This document shows positions 1-9,450 of a DNA stretch of 64,000 nucleotides, piece after piece. The DNA is from an uncultured Candidatus Binatia bacterium (GTDB lineage: Bacteria; Desulfobacterota; Binatia; HRBIN30; CADEER01): NCBI GenBank assembly GCA_965216585.1, contig CBDCGC010000002.1, positions 483,160-547,159 of the forward strand. Reading direction: 5' to 3'. A model generated the notes under the pieces. That model did not search any database and had not been told where the DNA came from. It saw only the letters and a program-made list of their open reading frames with translations. The position numbers and the translations under genes were made by a program. The first letter of the stretch is position 1; every line of letters starts with the position of its first letter.

Positions 1-300
1 TCCGGCGTGCACGTACAGCGATAGGCCTTGCCGGATTCGAGTAGTTGCTCGATGTACGGCTGGTAGTTCTGGCCGCGCTCGCTCTGGTAGTAGGGCCCGT
101 CATCCCATTCGAGCCCGAGCCAGCGCATGCCGTCGAAGATCGCCTCGATCGACTCCGGCGTCGACCGCTGGCGGTCGGTGTCCTCGATCCGCAGAACGAA
201 AGAGCCGCCGGCGTTGCGGGCGAGAAGATAGTTGAACAACGCCGTACGGGCGCCGCCGATGTGCAGGAATCCGCTGGGACTGGGGGCAAAACGCGTGCGC
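1..300 (-). CDS. gltX: Glutamyl-tRNA synthetase, N-terminal part; start codon at 300, gene continues past the window start
   Basis: Reverse-strand translation from ATG at 300 reads [29 protein letters not shown]...IEDTD, the class I HIGH motif and GluRS N-terminus. Not in the ORF track because it is truncated by the window edge. Confidence 0.85.
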
Positions 301-335
301 ATCTCCGCCGACTAGCAGAGTCCGCGGCGAAATCA

Positions 336-450
336 ATCGCTCCGCAGATGCGGGGGGTTCGGTGGTCCGTTTGTTTATCCGCAGATGAACGCCGATGGCC
401 GCAGATGGGGGTTCTGGATGTCCCGGGGTTTGTCCGCAGATGAAGGTGCG
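336..450. repeat. Left terminal inverted repeat of the RM/Abi island; 4 copies of CCGCAGATG (342-350, 379-387, 399-407, 435-443)
   Basis: Segment tccgcagatgaacgccgatggccgcagatgg is the near-exact reverse complement of 9455-9485. Spurious ORFs on both sides share the peptide SADERRWPQM. Confidence 0.6.
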
Positions 451-467
451 CTGTGCGGGCTCCTTTT

Positions 468-3400
468 CTAACCGCCGGGCGAAGCGTCGGTCCGCTGCGG
501 GAAGCGCGTCCGCACGTACTCCTCCGCGTCCGTCTCACCGAGGCGCACCGAGCCCGGACCGCTGCGTACGTAGAAGTCGCCTCGCTCGCTCTTCTCCAAA
601 CCCTTCCAGCGCAGAAAGACGGGCTCCGGGCTGCGCTGGCAGGAGACCAGACAGACGGTCTTGCCCGCTACGATCTGCGTGCGCGGATCGATGCAGGTGC
701 CGGCACGGTCGCCCAGGCCGTTGCGCACGGCCTGGGCGAGGTGGAGCATGAACTTGTCGTCATTCTCCAGCTGGTCGTGCGCAATGCCGACCGGAGTCTT
801 GTCGTCGTCGACGCCGATCAGGAGATCTCCGCCCTCCGTGTTGAGGAAGGCCGCCACGGTCTTGAGGACCGCATGCGTGATCAGCTTGTCGTCTTTTCGG
901 TTCTCCTTCAGGTTCCAGCGCAGGCTCGACTTGAACTCGAGGGTCTTCGATTCGTCGAGCTTCAGCAGCTCCTCGGCGCGGCGGTGCCGGCGCATGTAGT
1001 CGTCGAAGAGCGCGTTCTTGAAGGCCTGGCCGAAGCTCGGGTCATCCGTGATGCGGCGGTAGAGCTCGAAGTTCCGTTCCACGATCTCCTGGATCTTGTC
1101 CTCGACCTTGGGGTCGAAGGTGAGGCGGACGTTCTCTCGCGTGTTGACTCGGGCGCTGGCATCGAGGCCCGCGTCGCCCTCCAGGGCCGAGGCGATCTGC
1201 TCGAGGGTGACGCGATCCTCGGGGCCGAGATCGAGCCCAAAGCGCTCGTTCAGCTCGGCGATGATGTGCGAGAGTGCTTCGATCTCGCCCTCGCCGCCGC
1301 TGTGGTGCGTCTTCGTGCGCATGGGGTCGAGCTGGCCGACGCGGCGGTCGAGGGCAATTTCCCCCGAGCTCGTCTGGCGGATGCGATACGACTCCATGTC
1401 GATGTTCTGCTGGACCTCGCGCGGCAGCTCCTCGCGCGGCGCCGGTACGAGGCGCCGCAGGTAGCGGGCGAAGACGTAGAGCTTCTCGAGGTCGGCGTCC
1501 GCGAACGGGATGATCTGCGCCAGGAAGGCGTAGAGGCGAGCATAGTCGGTGAGCTGGCTGCGGCAGTCCTGCTGCTCCTCGTCCGAGAGCTCCGCGAAGC
1601 GCTCGCGCACGGGATCGAGCGCCGCGTAGAGCTGGTCCTGACTCGCCTTCTTGGCGAAGTAGATCCGCGCGAAGGCCTCGACGTCGGTCTCGCCAAAAAC
1701 CGCGAAGTCGAGGAGCCGCCCCTGCACTTCGTAGAGCAGGTTGGGATCGGTCGCCTCGGAGAGCAGCGTCACGTCGTAGTAGGGCTCGAAGGCGCTGCGG
1801 ATGTCATCTGCCTGGTTGGCGAAGTCGAGCACCATGGTGCCGGCTTTGGCCGGGTGAGTCCGGTTCAGGCGCGAGAGTGTTTGCACCGCGTTCACACCGC
1901 CGAGCTTCTTGTCCACGTACATCGTGTGCAGCAGCGGCTGGTCGAAGCCCGTCTGGAACTTGTTGGCGACGACGAGAAAGCGAACGTCCGGCTTCTCGAA
2001 CTCCGCCGCCGTCTGCCGCTCGCCGATCACCTTGTCCTGGCCTTCCGAGTTCATGCCCGACTCGGTGTACGGCTTGCCGCCGTCCTCGACGGTGCCCGAG
2101 AAGGCCACCAGCGCCCGCCAGGGATGCCCCTTCTCGGCCAGCGCCTCGTCGAGCGCCCGCTTGTAGCGCACCGCGTGCAAACGGGAGCGCGTCACGATCA
2201 TGGCCTTGGCCCGGCCGCCGATCTCACCCTGCACCTGCTCGGCAAAGTGCTCGACCATGATGCGGATTTTCTCGTTGATCGCGTGCGGGTGGAGATCGAC
2301 GAAGGACTTGAGCAGGTAGGTGGCCTTCTGCTTGTCGTAGTGCGGGTCGTCCTCGATCTTCTTGAGCAGCCGCCAGTAGGTCTTGTAAGTGGTGTAATGC
2401 TCGAGGACGTCGAGGATGAAGCCCTCTTCGATGGCCTGCCGCATGCTGTAGAGGTGGAAGGGCTCGAACTTGCCATCCGGTCGCTTGCGACCGAAGAGCT
2501 CGAGCGTCTTCTGTTTGGGCGTCGCGGTGAAGGCGAAGGTCGAGAGGTTCGGAAGCTGCCCGCGCTTGCGCATCTCGTCCTCGACGATGTCGTCGAGCTC
2601 CTCCGCGGGCGTGGCCGCGCCTTCCTCCTCCGCGGCGGCCTCGTCGAGGCTCCCCGCCGAGAGCACCGCCTTCAGGCTCTTGCTGGTCTCGCCGGACTGC
2701 GACGAGTGCGCCTCGTCGACGATCACGGCAAAGCGCTGGCCCGCCAGGGCGCCGATCTCCTTCGCGATCACCGGGAACTTCTGCAGCGTCGTGACGATGA
2801 TGGTCTTGCCGGCCTCGAGCGCCTGGCGCAGCTGGCGCGAGGTCTGGTCGATGTTCTCCACTACGCCGAGCGTCTGCTCGAGCTGGCGCACCGTGCTCTG
2901 GAGCTGGCGGTCGAGTACCCGGCGGTCGGTCACCACCACGATCGAGTCGAAGACGCGCCGGTCCTGCGCGTCGTGGAGCGTCGAGAGCTGGTGGGCCAGC
3001 CAGGCGATGGTGTAGCTCTTGCCGCTACCGGCCGAGTGCTGGATCAGGTAGCGCTCGCCCGGGCCGTGGCCGCGCGCGTGTTTCACCAGGCTGCGCACAC
3101 AGTCGAGCTGCTGGTAGCGCGGAAAGACGAGAAAGCGCTTGCCCGTCTTGCGCCCGTGCGGGTCCTCTTGCTCGACCTCGTGGATGAACTGGCGCACCAG
3201 GTCGAGCACACTGTCGCGCGCCCAGGTGCGCTCCCACAGGTAGCTGGTGGCGAATCCGGTCTGCGTCGGCGGGACGGGGGGATTGCCGGCGCCGCCGAAG
3301 CGGCCCCGGTTGAACGGAAGGAAGCGCGTCTTCGCGCCTGCGAGGTGCGTGGCGACGAACACCAGCTCCGGGTCCACCGCAAAGTGCGCCAGGCAGCGCC

Positions 3401-4028
3401 CGTAGGCGAAGAGCGGCTCGCGCGGATCGCGATCCTTCTTGTACTGGCGGATCGCGTCCTCGACCGTCTGGCCGTTCAGAGGGTTCTTCAGCTCGGCCGT
3501 GAAGATCGGGATGCCGTTCAGGAAGATGGCCAGATCGAGGCTCTGTTCGCCCTTCTCGCTGTAGTGGAGCTGGCGTACGATGGCGAAATGGTTGGCGGCG
3601 TGCAGGCGCTGGAGCTCCTCGTTGAGTCCGCTGGCCGGCCGGAAGTAGGCGAGCCGAAACTTGCAGCCCGAGTCCTTCACGCCATTGCGCAACACGTCGA
3701 GCGCGCCGCGCCGTCCGATCTCGCGCGCGAGTCGCGCCAGGAAGCGCGTCTTCACCTCATCTTTGTGGTGCTGACGCAGCTCCTTCCACTCCTCGGGTTG
3801 AGTGGCGAGCAAGAAGTCGAGCACGTCTCCGGGCAGCAGACAGAGCCCGCGGTCGTAGTCCTGCTTGCTATCGCGCCGGCTGTAGCCCCCCGGCACGGGC
3901 TCGCCGTCCCACCGTGGCGGCGTCTCTCGAACCTGCGTCGCATGCTCGGGGCACGCATCCGGCCCATGCCCGAGCAGCGCGCACTCGATCGCCTCCTCGA
4001 AGGCCCGCTCGGATACGTCCACCGTCAC
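468..4028 (-). CDS. hsdR: Type I restriction enzyme R subunit (HsdR) with a C-terminal AlbA_2/Schlafen-like domain
   Basis: 1186 aa. N-terminal nuclease region, helicase motif I HSAGSGKSYTIAWLAHQL, DEAH box VIVDEAHSSQ. C-terminal ~160 aa (ESKTLEFK...FLNTEGGDLLIGVDDD...) resembles the AlbA_2 putative DNA-binding domain. Start overlaps the hsdS stop (GTGA). Confidence 0.9.
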   Translation of the reverse strand: MTVDVSERAFEEAIECALLGHGPDACPEHATQVRETPPRWDGEPVPGGYSRRDSKQDYDRGLCLLPGDVLDFLLATQPEEWKELRQHHKDEVKTRFLARLAREIGRRGALDVLRNGVKDSGCKFRLAYFRPASGLNEELQRLHAANHFAIVRQLHYSEKGEQSLDLAIFLNGIPIFTAELKNPLNGQTVEDAIRQYKKDRDPREPLFAYGRCLAHFAVDPELVFVATHLAGAKTRFLPFNRGRFGGAGNPPVPPTQTGFATSYLWERTWARDSVLDLVRQFIHEVEQEDPHGRKTGKRFLVFPRYQQLDCVRSLVKHARGHGPGERYLIQHSAGSGKSYTIAWLAHQLSTLHDAQDRRVFDSIVVVTDRRVLDRQLQSTVRQLEQTLGVVENIDQTSRQLRQALEAGKTIIVTTLQKFPVIAKEIGALAGQRFAVIVDEAHSSQSGETSKSLKAVLSAGSLDEAAAEEEGAATPAEELDDIVEDEMRKRGQLPNLSTFAFTATPKQKTLELFGRKRPDGKFEPFHLYSMRQAIEEGFILDVLEHYTTYKTYWRLLKKIEDDPHYDKQKATYLLKSFVDLHPHAINEKIRIMVEHFAEQVQGEIGGRAKAMIVTRSRLHAVRYKRALDEALAEKGHPWRALVAFSGTVEDGGKPYTESGMNSEGQDKVIGERQTAAEFEKPDVRFLVVANKFQTGFDQPLLHTMYVDKKLGGVNAVQTLSRLNRTHPAKAGTMVLDFANQADDIRSAFEPYYDVTLLSEATDPNLLYEVQGRLLDFAVFGETDVEAFARIYFAKKASQDQLYAALDPVRERFAELSDEEQQDCRSQLTDYARLYAFLAQIIPFADADLEKLYVFARYLRRLVPAPREELPREVQQNIDMESYRIRQTSSGEIALDRRVGQLDPMRTKTHHSGGEGEIEALSHIIAELNERFGLDLGPEDRVTLEQIASALEGDAGLDASARVNTRENVRLTFDPKVEDKIQEIVERNFELYRRITDDPSFGQAFKNALFDDYMRRHRRAEELLKLDESKTLEFKSSLRWNLKENRKDDKLITHAVLKTVAAFLNTEGGDLLIGVDDDKTPVGIAHDQLENDDKFMLHLAQAVRNGLGDRAGTCIDPRTQIVAGKTVCLVSCQRSPEPVFLRWKGLEKSERGDFYVRSGPGSVRLGETDAEEYVRTRFPQRTDASPGG

Positions 4029-5428
4029 GAGGCTTCCTCCCAGACATCGATCTTGCCCGTCACCGCGGCGGAGACCAGTGCAGTTCGAAACTCGCGCAGT
4101 CGCTCAATTCCCAGCTCCACGGCTGCAATGAGTGCCGTCATGTCTTTGAGCGCTTTGTCGACAGTCTCCACGATTGCACGCTGCTCCTCGACTGGCGGGA
4201 TGAAGAGCACGAGCTCTTGGATGGTGTCCTGCGCGATGTTCTGCATGGAACCGCTGGCACCCGTAGCCTCTCTCTCGAACTGAAAGCGAGACACAAGCGC
4301 CGATAGTGCGTAGATCAGATATGGCGGAGTCATGAAATCGCCTCGAAGTCGAATCCGGTACAGCTTGTCACACAGGAGTAGTCGAGGCCTCACACTGCCA
4401 ACCACGGCCGCACTACCCAGAAGTTGGCGCGTATTCGCACGAGACATTAGGATGTCTTCTGGTCGGATCTCGTACTCGGGCCGAACAGTTTCTCCCGGCG
4501 GGAGTGCTTTGTGTTCGCGCTCATCGAACTCCGCCCCATTCACGCAGCCGACTTTCAGAACTCCCCACTCCTCCTGATCCGCCTGTCGATTGTCGCAAAG
4601 TGGGCTCCAGCCCTGTTCAATCGAAGCAACGACAGTCTTGAGCCTTGAGACCTCCCAATGCGCCGGGATCTTGCCCAGCCACTCGACACCGGAGTCCCTC
4701 AGGGGGACGTTCGGGTCGAGGCCCTGGGTGACGGCGCGGGTGATGAGGGCGGTGCGCTTCTCCTGGAGCAGCTCGATCAGCCGCTCTTTCTTCGCGACCA
4801 ACACATCGATTTTCGCCGTCTCGCGATCCAGGAACGAAGCGATCGCCTTCTGCTCTGCAACGGGTGGCACGGGAAAGTTCGCGCCATCGATCCAACGTTT
4901 CGAGAGACCGAAGCGAGTGATCCCAGTTGCCGCCGCACGAAACTGATCTCGGACACCCGCGGCCGAAAATGCACGACCCAGATAGCTCCCTGAAAGCCGC
5001 AACCGGTCAGGTCTGATATGCGCCAGATGATAACCGCAGACGACTCCGTCGATGCCAGACCCAACGTACGCAGGCACAGCGATGTCGTCCCACGATTCCG
5101 AATCCTTGGTGACAAGGACGTCACCTTCGATCAGCGAGAATCGCCGAATCTCATCAGGGGACGCGGTCGCTTCCATGAAGTCGATCTCGGGCTCGATCAC
5201 GTCGTTGTAGTATACGTCGACGTAGTTGCAGAGGCGGACGAGATCTTCTCCCTCCTTCCTCTTCTTGTCCACGCTACTGAGTTGCACGGCGGCCAGACGC
5301 TTGAGTCGATCTACGCCCCACGCGATCGGGATCTCGCCGAGCCACTTGATTCCGGAATCTCTGTACTCCGGATACGCTCGAAATCGGCGCGGTCGTGCCA
5401 ACTGAATCTCTTCAATCGCTTCAGCCAT
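4025..5428 (-). CDS. hsdS: Type I restriction-modification specificity subunit (HsdS), two target-recognition domains
   Basis: 467 aa. Repeated TRD-like halves with conserved central and C-terminal coiled regions. Sits between hsdR and the Abi pair. The true start may be downstream of 5428, because the ORF overlaps the abiEii tail. Confidence 0.8.
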   Translation of the reverse strand: MAEAIEEIQLARPRRFRAYPEYRDSGIKWLGEIPIAWGVDRLKRLAAVQLSSVDKKRKEGEDLVRLCNYVDVYYNDVIEPEIDFMEATASPDEIRRFSLIEGDVLVTKDSESWDDIAVPAYVGSGIDGVVCGYHLAHIRPDRLRLSGSYLGRAFSAAGVRDQFRAAATGITRFGLSKRWIDGANFPVPPVAEQKAIASFLDRETAKIDVLVAKKERLIELLQEKRTALITRAVTQGLDPNVPLRDSGVEWLGKIPAHWEVSRLKTVVASIEQGWSPLCDNRQADQEEWGVLKVGCVNGAEFDEREHKALPPGETVRPEYEIRPEDILMSRANTRQLLGSAAVVGSVRPRLLLCDKLYRIRLRGDFMTPPYLIYALSALVSRFQFEREATGASGSMQNIAQDTIQELVLFIPPVEEQRAIVETVDKALKDMTALIAAVELGIERLREFRTALVSAAVTGKIDVWEEAS

Positions 5429-6369
5429 CTTGCCCTTCTAGCCGCCCTCGCGGCGCCGCTGCCCACGGCCCGCCGGGGGGCCAGTGCCGGTCGAACGGGG
5501 TCCCGGCCAGTATTGCCTCGCGCACGGGGACCGCCGAAGAAGCTTCGTACGCGCTCGCCGATCTCGTCAATCGTCTGGGGCGGTGACTGACGAAAGAGCC
5601 CTCTGCGAAGATACGCGCGCCATCGCGCTTCGACGTCCGGATCGGCGCAAAAGGCGGATGTCAGAACATCGGGGATCTCGGAATTCCAGGCCGTTCCGCG
5701 TCGGTCGAAGCATCGCTCGATGGCTGTCCGCAGCGCTGTTCCTTCGAATGGGAACGCCTCCGAAAGGGCCCAGATATCGTGGAAGTCCTTCATGCGGCTG
5801 TTGCGCCGGCCGAGTTGGACCATGGCCTCAAACTTCTCCGCGACAGTAGCTACTCGCGGATAGGCATGCACGACGGGCGCCGGCAAGCCGTCGATGAGGG
5901 TGGGAATCTCGGTGGCATCAGGCGCGGTGGACAGTGCATCTCCGAAGCCAAAGTCGACCTGGAGCCGAATCCGGGCCTTGCCCAGGTATGCGCGCACGAC
6001 GGCGCGTTGCCCCGCATATCTCTGCTCGTCACGGATGGCCTCGATCGTGAGGGTGTCGAGGTCGAGCTCCAGACCGTCTTCCGGACATGGCTGGCGACAG
6101 ATGTCCTGCATCGTCTCCCGCACTGCGGCTTCATCGGGCGGTCCGACCGCCAGCAGGTCCACATCGCGCGTGGCGCGGTACGGCTCTTCCATCCACAGCG
6201 TCAGCAGTCCGGCTCCTTTCAGCGTGCAGCGGTCGCGCTGCCTCGATTCGCCGAGCCGGAAGAGAAAGCGCTCGCAGGCGTAGCGCACGAGGAAGGGCTC
6301 GAACTCCATCTCGCGTCGTTGCGCCTCGCGAAGCAAGCGCGCCTTGATGGACTGTGCGATCGCGCTCAC
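5311..6369 (-). CDS. abiEii: AbiEii-family nucleotidyltransferase toxin (type IV TA / abortive infection)
   Basis: Region MEFEPFLVRYACERFLFRLGE...RDVDLLAV...KFEAMVQLGRRNSRMKDFHDIW is typical of AbiEii/DUF1814 NTase. Proposed GTG start at 6369-6367 overlaps the abiEi stop (GTGA). C-terminal tail is low complexity and overlaps hsdS by ~118 bp. Confidence 0.65.
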   Translation of the reverse strand: MSAIAQSIKARLLREAQRREMEFEPFLVRYACERFLFRLGESRQRDRCTLKGAGLLTLWMEEPYRATRDVDLLAVGPPDEAAVRETMQDICRQPCPEDGLELDLDTLTIEAIRDEQRYAGQRAVVRAYLGKARIRLQVDFGFGDALSTAPDATEIPTLIDGLPAPVVHAYPRVATVAEKFEAMVQLGRRNSRMKDFHDIWALSEAFPFEGTALRTAIERCFDRRGTAWNSEIPDVLTSAFCADPDVEARWRAYLRRGLFRQSPPQTIDEIGERVRSFFGGPRARGNTGRDPVRPALAPRRAVGSGAARAARRARWLKRLKRFSWHDRADFERIRSTEIPESSGSARSRSRGA

Positions 6370-6971
6370 GGTGCGAGCACTTCCAGGGACGCGCGCAGGC
6401 GTCGACTCGGTAGGACGTCCAGAACGCGCATCAGCGAATTGGTGGACACCTTCCGCTGTCGCAGGGCGTCGTGCAGCGCCTCGAGTGCGGCCTCGCGGCC
6501 AATTCGGCGCTCGAAGCGGAAGCAGTCGACGATGGTTCGCGCTGGAGACGTGATTCGGGCGGGAACACCTTCGAAGGTGGTGTTCTGGATTCCGTACGAC
6601 CACGCCGCACCGCTGAAGCGAATCAGGCGGACGCGGATGCCCGGGACGCGCGGCGGCTCGGCCTTGTGGTGGATGGCGAGCCAGACTTGGTGGGGGAGCT
6701 GAGTGCCGATCTCATGCACCTGCAGCGCCGAGAGGAGGCAAACGACGGCCTCCGGAACCCGTGCACAAGCCGCGGCCAGGGTGTAGTGCTCGGTGGGCTC
6801 CGCTTCGGCGAGGCGGTAGAGACCTCGGGCGACTCGCTCGACTGCCCCCGCCTTCACCAGACGGCGGACTTGGTCATAGGAGATGCCCAGGGTTTCTAGC
6901 TGGCTCGGACGAAAGAAAGTCCCGATCCCGGCGCGGCGAAGCTGCTCTTCATCGAGATTGGAAGAGTCCAT
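6366..6971 (-). CDS. abiEi: AbiEi-family antitoxin / transcriptional regulator
   Basis: 201 aa. N-terminal wHTH-like region (GISYDQVRRLVKAGAVERVARGLYRL) and C-terminal domain typical of AbiEi. Immediately upstream of the AbiEii NTase with a 4-bp overlap. Confidence 0.65.
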   Translation of the reverse strand: MDSSNLDEEQLRRAGIGTFFRPSQLETLGISYDQVRRLVKAGAVERVARGLYRLAEAEPTEHYTLAAACARVPEAVVCLLSALQVHEIGTQLPHQVWLAIHHKAEPPRVPGIRVRLIRFSGAAWSYGIQNTTFEGVPARITSPARTIVDCFRFERRIGREAALEALHDALRQRKVSTNSLMRVLDVLPSRRLRASLEVLAP

Positions 6972-6983
6972 TCAAAAAAACCC

Positions 6984-7068
6984 GGCATGGCGAAGCATAG
7001 TGCCGAGAATATCAGACAAATGGGACTGGGCACAACGAGAAAATCCCGGCACTTCGCGCAATAGTGCC
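6984..7068. promoter_or_regulatory. Two 21-bp GGCA-N13-TGCC elements (6984-7004, 7048-7068) in the abiEi upstream region; candidate AbiEi operator
   Basis: ggcatggcgaagcatagtgcc and ggcacttcgcgcaatagtgcc share palindromic ends and the suffix atagtgcc, 43 bp apart, in the 127-bp gap between the hsdM stop and the abiEi start. Confidence 0.35.
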
Positions 7069-7098
7069 TGTAGTTCCTGAAGCGTGTTTGGAAGCTTC

Positions 7099-9267
7099 CT
7101 ACCCCGCCACCTCGCGCAGCATGGCCACGATGTCCTTCTCGATTGCCTGGATGTCGGCCTCGATTTCCTCGAGCGGCCGCGGCGGCAGATATTCATAGAA
7201 GTAGCGGTTGAAGTTGATCTCGTAACCGACGATGCCGACCTCCCCGTCCTTGGCGTCGCGGCGGCTGGTGTCGATCCAGGCGTCCGGCACGTGGAACCGA
7301 ACCTCGCGCTCGAAGAACGCCTCGATGGTCTCGGCGAGGGGCACACTCTCGGTGTCGCGCAGCTCGGGGTCGGGCTCGGGATTGCCATCCTTGTCGCGGC
7401 AGATCTCGGCATCTTCGTTGCGTTCGGAGAGCGCCGAGAGGATCGCCTTCTTCACCGGGGCGGCGAGCTTCACGTCGGCCGCGCGCACAGCCTTGGCCAG
7501 CACCTTCTCGAACGCTGAGCGATCGGTGAAGAGCGTGTCCGGCAGCGTGGTGAGGAGAGCGCGGATCGCCTCTTGCTTCGCCCGGCCCTCGGACTCCTCC
7601 TTCTCCTTCGCCGGCCCCTTGCGCTTTTTCGAGCGCGCGAGGTTGGTGAAGGCGCGCTCTTCCTCGAGCCGCGCGATGCGCTCGGGGCTGGCCTGGAAGT
7701 CGAGGCGCAGCGGACGCTCGACGGTGATCTTGCGGAAGCCGAAGCGCGTGGTCGGGAAGGTCTTGCTCACGACCACCTTTCGCTCCTCGCCCTCGCCGTC
7801 GTTGGCGCGCTCAGCGTGACCGGGCGCGGCGATGCGGCGCGCTGCGTCATCCGCGAAGTTGCGGAGCAGGGCCAGGACCTCGCCGGCTTTTTCGAACGGA
7901 ATCTCGCGGCGTTTGTCGCCGAGGCTCTTGCGCATCGGCTGCCAGAAGCGGATCGACTCCTCGGTCGACGTCGCGTCGATGAGCTGCACCTGCCCCTTGC
8001 GCTCGGGCGCCTTGCGGTTCGTCAGCACCCAAATGTAGGTGGCGATGCCCGTGTTGTAAAAGAGCTGCTCGGGAAGCGCGATGAGCGCCTCCAGCCAGTC
8101 GTTCTCGAGGATGTAGCGGCGGATCTCGCTCTCGCCGCTGCCGGCGTCACCGGTGAAGAGCGGCGAACCGTTCATGATGATCGCGACGCGCGAGCCTCCG
8201 GCCGCGGGCTTCTTCATGTGCGCCAGCATGTGCAGGAGGAAGAGGAGCTGACCGTCGCTAATGCGCGGCGTGCCCGGCCCGAACCGTCCGGCCGCGCCGC
8301 GCGCGTGCTCGTCCTCCACCGCCTCCTTGTCGCGCTTCCAGTCCTTGCCGTAGGGCGGGTTGGCGATCAGGTAATCGAAACCCTGACCCTCGTGCCGGTC
8401 GTTGGAAAGGACGCTGCCGAAGAGGATCCGCTCGGCATCCTCCCCCTTCTCCGATTTCATGAAGAGGTCGGACTTGCAGATCGCAAACGTTTCGGGGTTC
8501 ACTTCCTGTCCGAAGAGGTGGACCTCGGCATCGGGCGCGATGGGCTCGCGCACGATCTCGCCATTGCGATGGACCCCTTTGGACACATGCTCCTTCGCGA
8601 TCGTCAGCATGCCGCCCGAGCCGCAGCACGGATCGTAGACGCTGCGCACGATGCCCGGCTTGCGAAGGCGCTCCTCGTCACCGGCAAACAGCAGGTCCAC
8701 CATCAGATGCACGACGTCGCGAGGCGTGAAGTGCTCGCCGGGGTTTTCGTTGAGTGCCTCGTTGAAGCGGCGGATCAGGTTCTCGAAGAGAGTTCCCATC
8801 GCGTGGTTGTCGAGCCCGCTCTGCGGGTCCGGACTGAGGTCCACGTTTTTGAATCGCTCGACGACCTGGAAGAGCAGACCCGCCTCGTCGAGCTTGCTGA
8901 TCGTGTTGTCGAAGTCGAATTTCTCCAGCACCTCGCGCATGTTCGCACTGAAGCCGGCGATATAGTTGCGCAGGTTCTCGGCCAGGTGAGGGGCATCGTC
9001 GCAGAGACGCTCGAAGTCGAAGTGGGAGGTGTTGTAGAAAGCGAAGCCGGCGGCGCGCCGGAGCTGTTGGTCGAGGTTCTCGAGGCCCTTACCGCGCAGC
9101 TCGGCCCGGCGCGCCAGCACCTTCTCCTTCTTGTCCGCCAGCACACAGTCGAGTCGGCGCAGAACGGTGAGTGGCAGGATTACGTCCTGATACTTTCCGC
9201 GCTTGAAGGTGTCGCGGATGAGATCCGCGACACCCCAGATGAAAGTCTCGATCTGGCTCTGATTCAC
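7099..9267 (-). CDS. hsdM: Type I restriction-modification DNA methyltransferase subunit (HsdM)
   Basis: 722 aa. HsdM N-terminal domain (MNQSQIETFIWGVADLIRD...) and N6-adenine MTase core including NPPYG-like LIANPPYGKDW. Confidence 0.9.
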   Translation of the reverse strand: MNQSQIETFIWGVADLIRDTFKRGKYQDVILPLTVLRRLDCVLADKKEKVLARRAELRGKGLENLDQQLRRAAGFAFYNTSHFDFERLCDDAPHLAENLRNYIAGFSANMREVLEKFDFDNTISKLDEAGLLFQVVERFKNVDLSPDPQSGLDNHAMGTLFENLIRRFNEALNENPGEHFTPRDVVHLMVDLLFAGDEERLRKPGIVRSVYDPCCGSGGMLTIAKEHVSKGVHRNGEIVREPIAPDAEVHLFGQEVNPETFAICKSDLFMKSEKGEDAERILFGSVLSNDRHEGQGFDYLIANPPYGKDWKRDKEAVEDEHARGAAGRFGPGTPRISDGQLLFLLHMLAHMKKPAAGGSRVAIIMNGSPLFTGDAGSGESEIRRYILENDWLEALIALPEQLFYNTGIATYIWVLTNRKAPERKGQVQLIDATSTEESIRFWQPMRKSLGDKRREIPFEKAGEVLALLRNFADDAARRIAAPGHAERANDGEGEERKVVVSKTFPTTRFGFRKITVERPLRLDFQASPERIARLEEERAFTNLARSKKRKGPAKEKEESEGRAKQEAIRALLTTLPDTLFTDRSAFEKVLAKAVRAADVKLAAPVKKAILSALSERNEDAEICRDKDGNPEPDPELRDTESVPLAETIEAFFEREVRFHVPDAWIDTSRRDAKDGEVGIVGYEINFNRYFYEYLPPRPLEEIEADIQAIEKDIVAMLREVAG

Positions 9268-9450
9268 GACATACTCGGGGCAGAAATTCCTTGGCGCCGG
9301 AACAATAGCCGTTCGGCGCGCTCGACGACAAACGTCGGCAGTCGGCCGAGCGGCGCGAAAGCTCGGCCGACGCTATCCCAATTCCGACGTCGTTGACATC
9401 TCGTCGAAGCGACGAGCACTCGCTCGCGCAACGATCCGGACGACCGGACG

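Noticed and set aside
453-4283. 1276-aa ORF on + strand across the hsdR/hsdS region
   Set aside because: Antisense to a clearly recognisable HsdR (helicase motifs, in-frame). Low-complexity translation typical of high-GC antisense frames.
6972-7412. 146-aa ORF on - strand overlapping the hsdM 3' end
   Set aside because: Out of frame with HsdM, Pro/Ser/Arg-rich. The 127-bp region is better explained as the abiEi promoter/operator.
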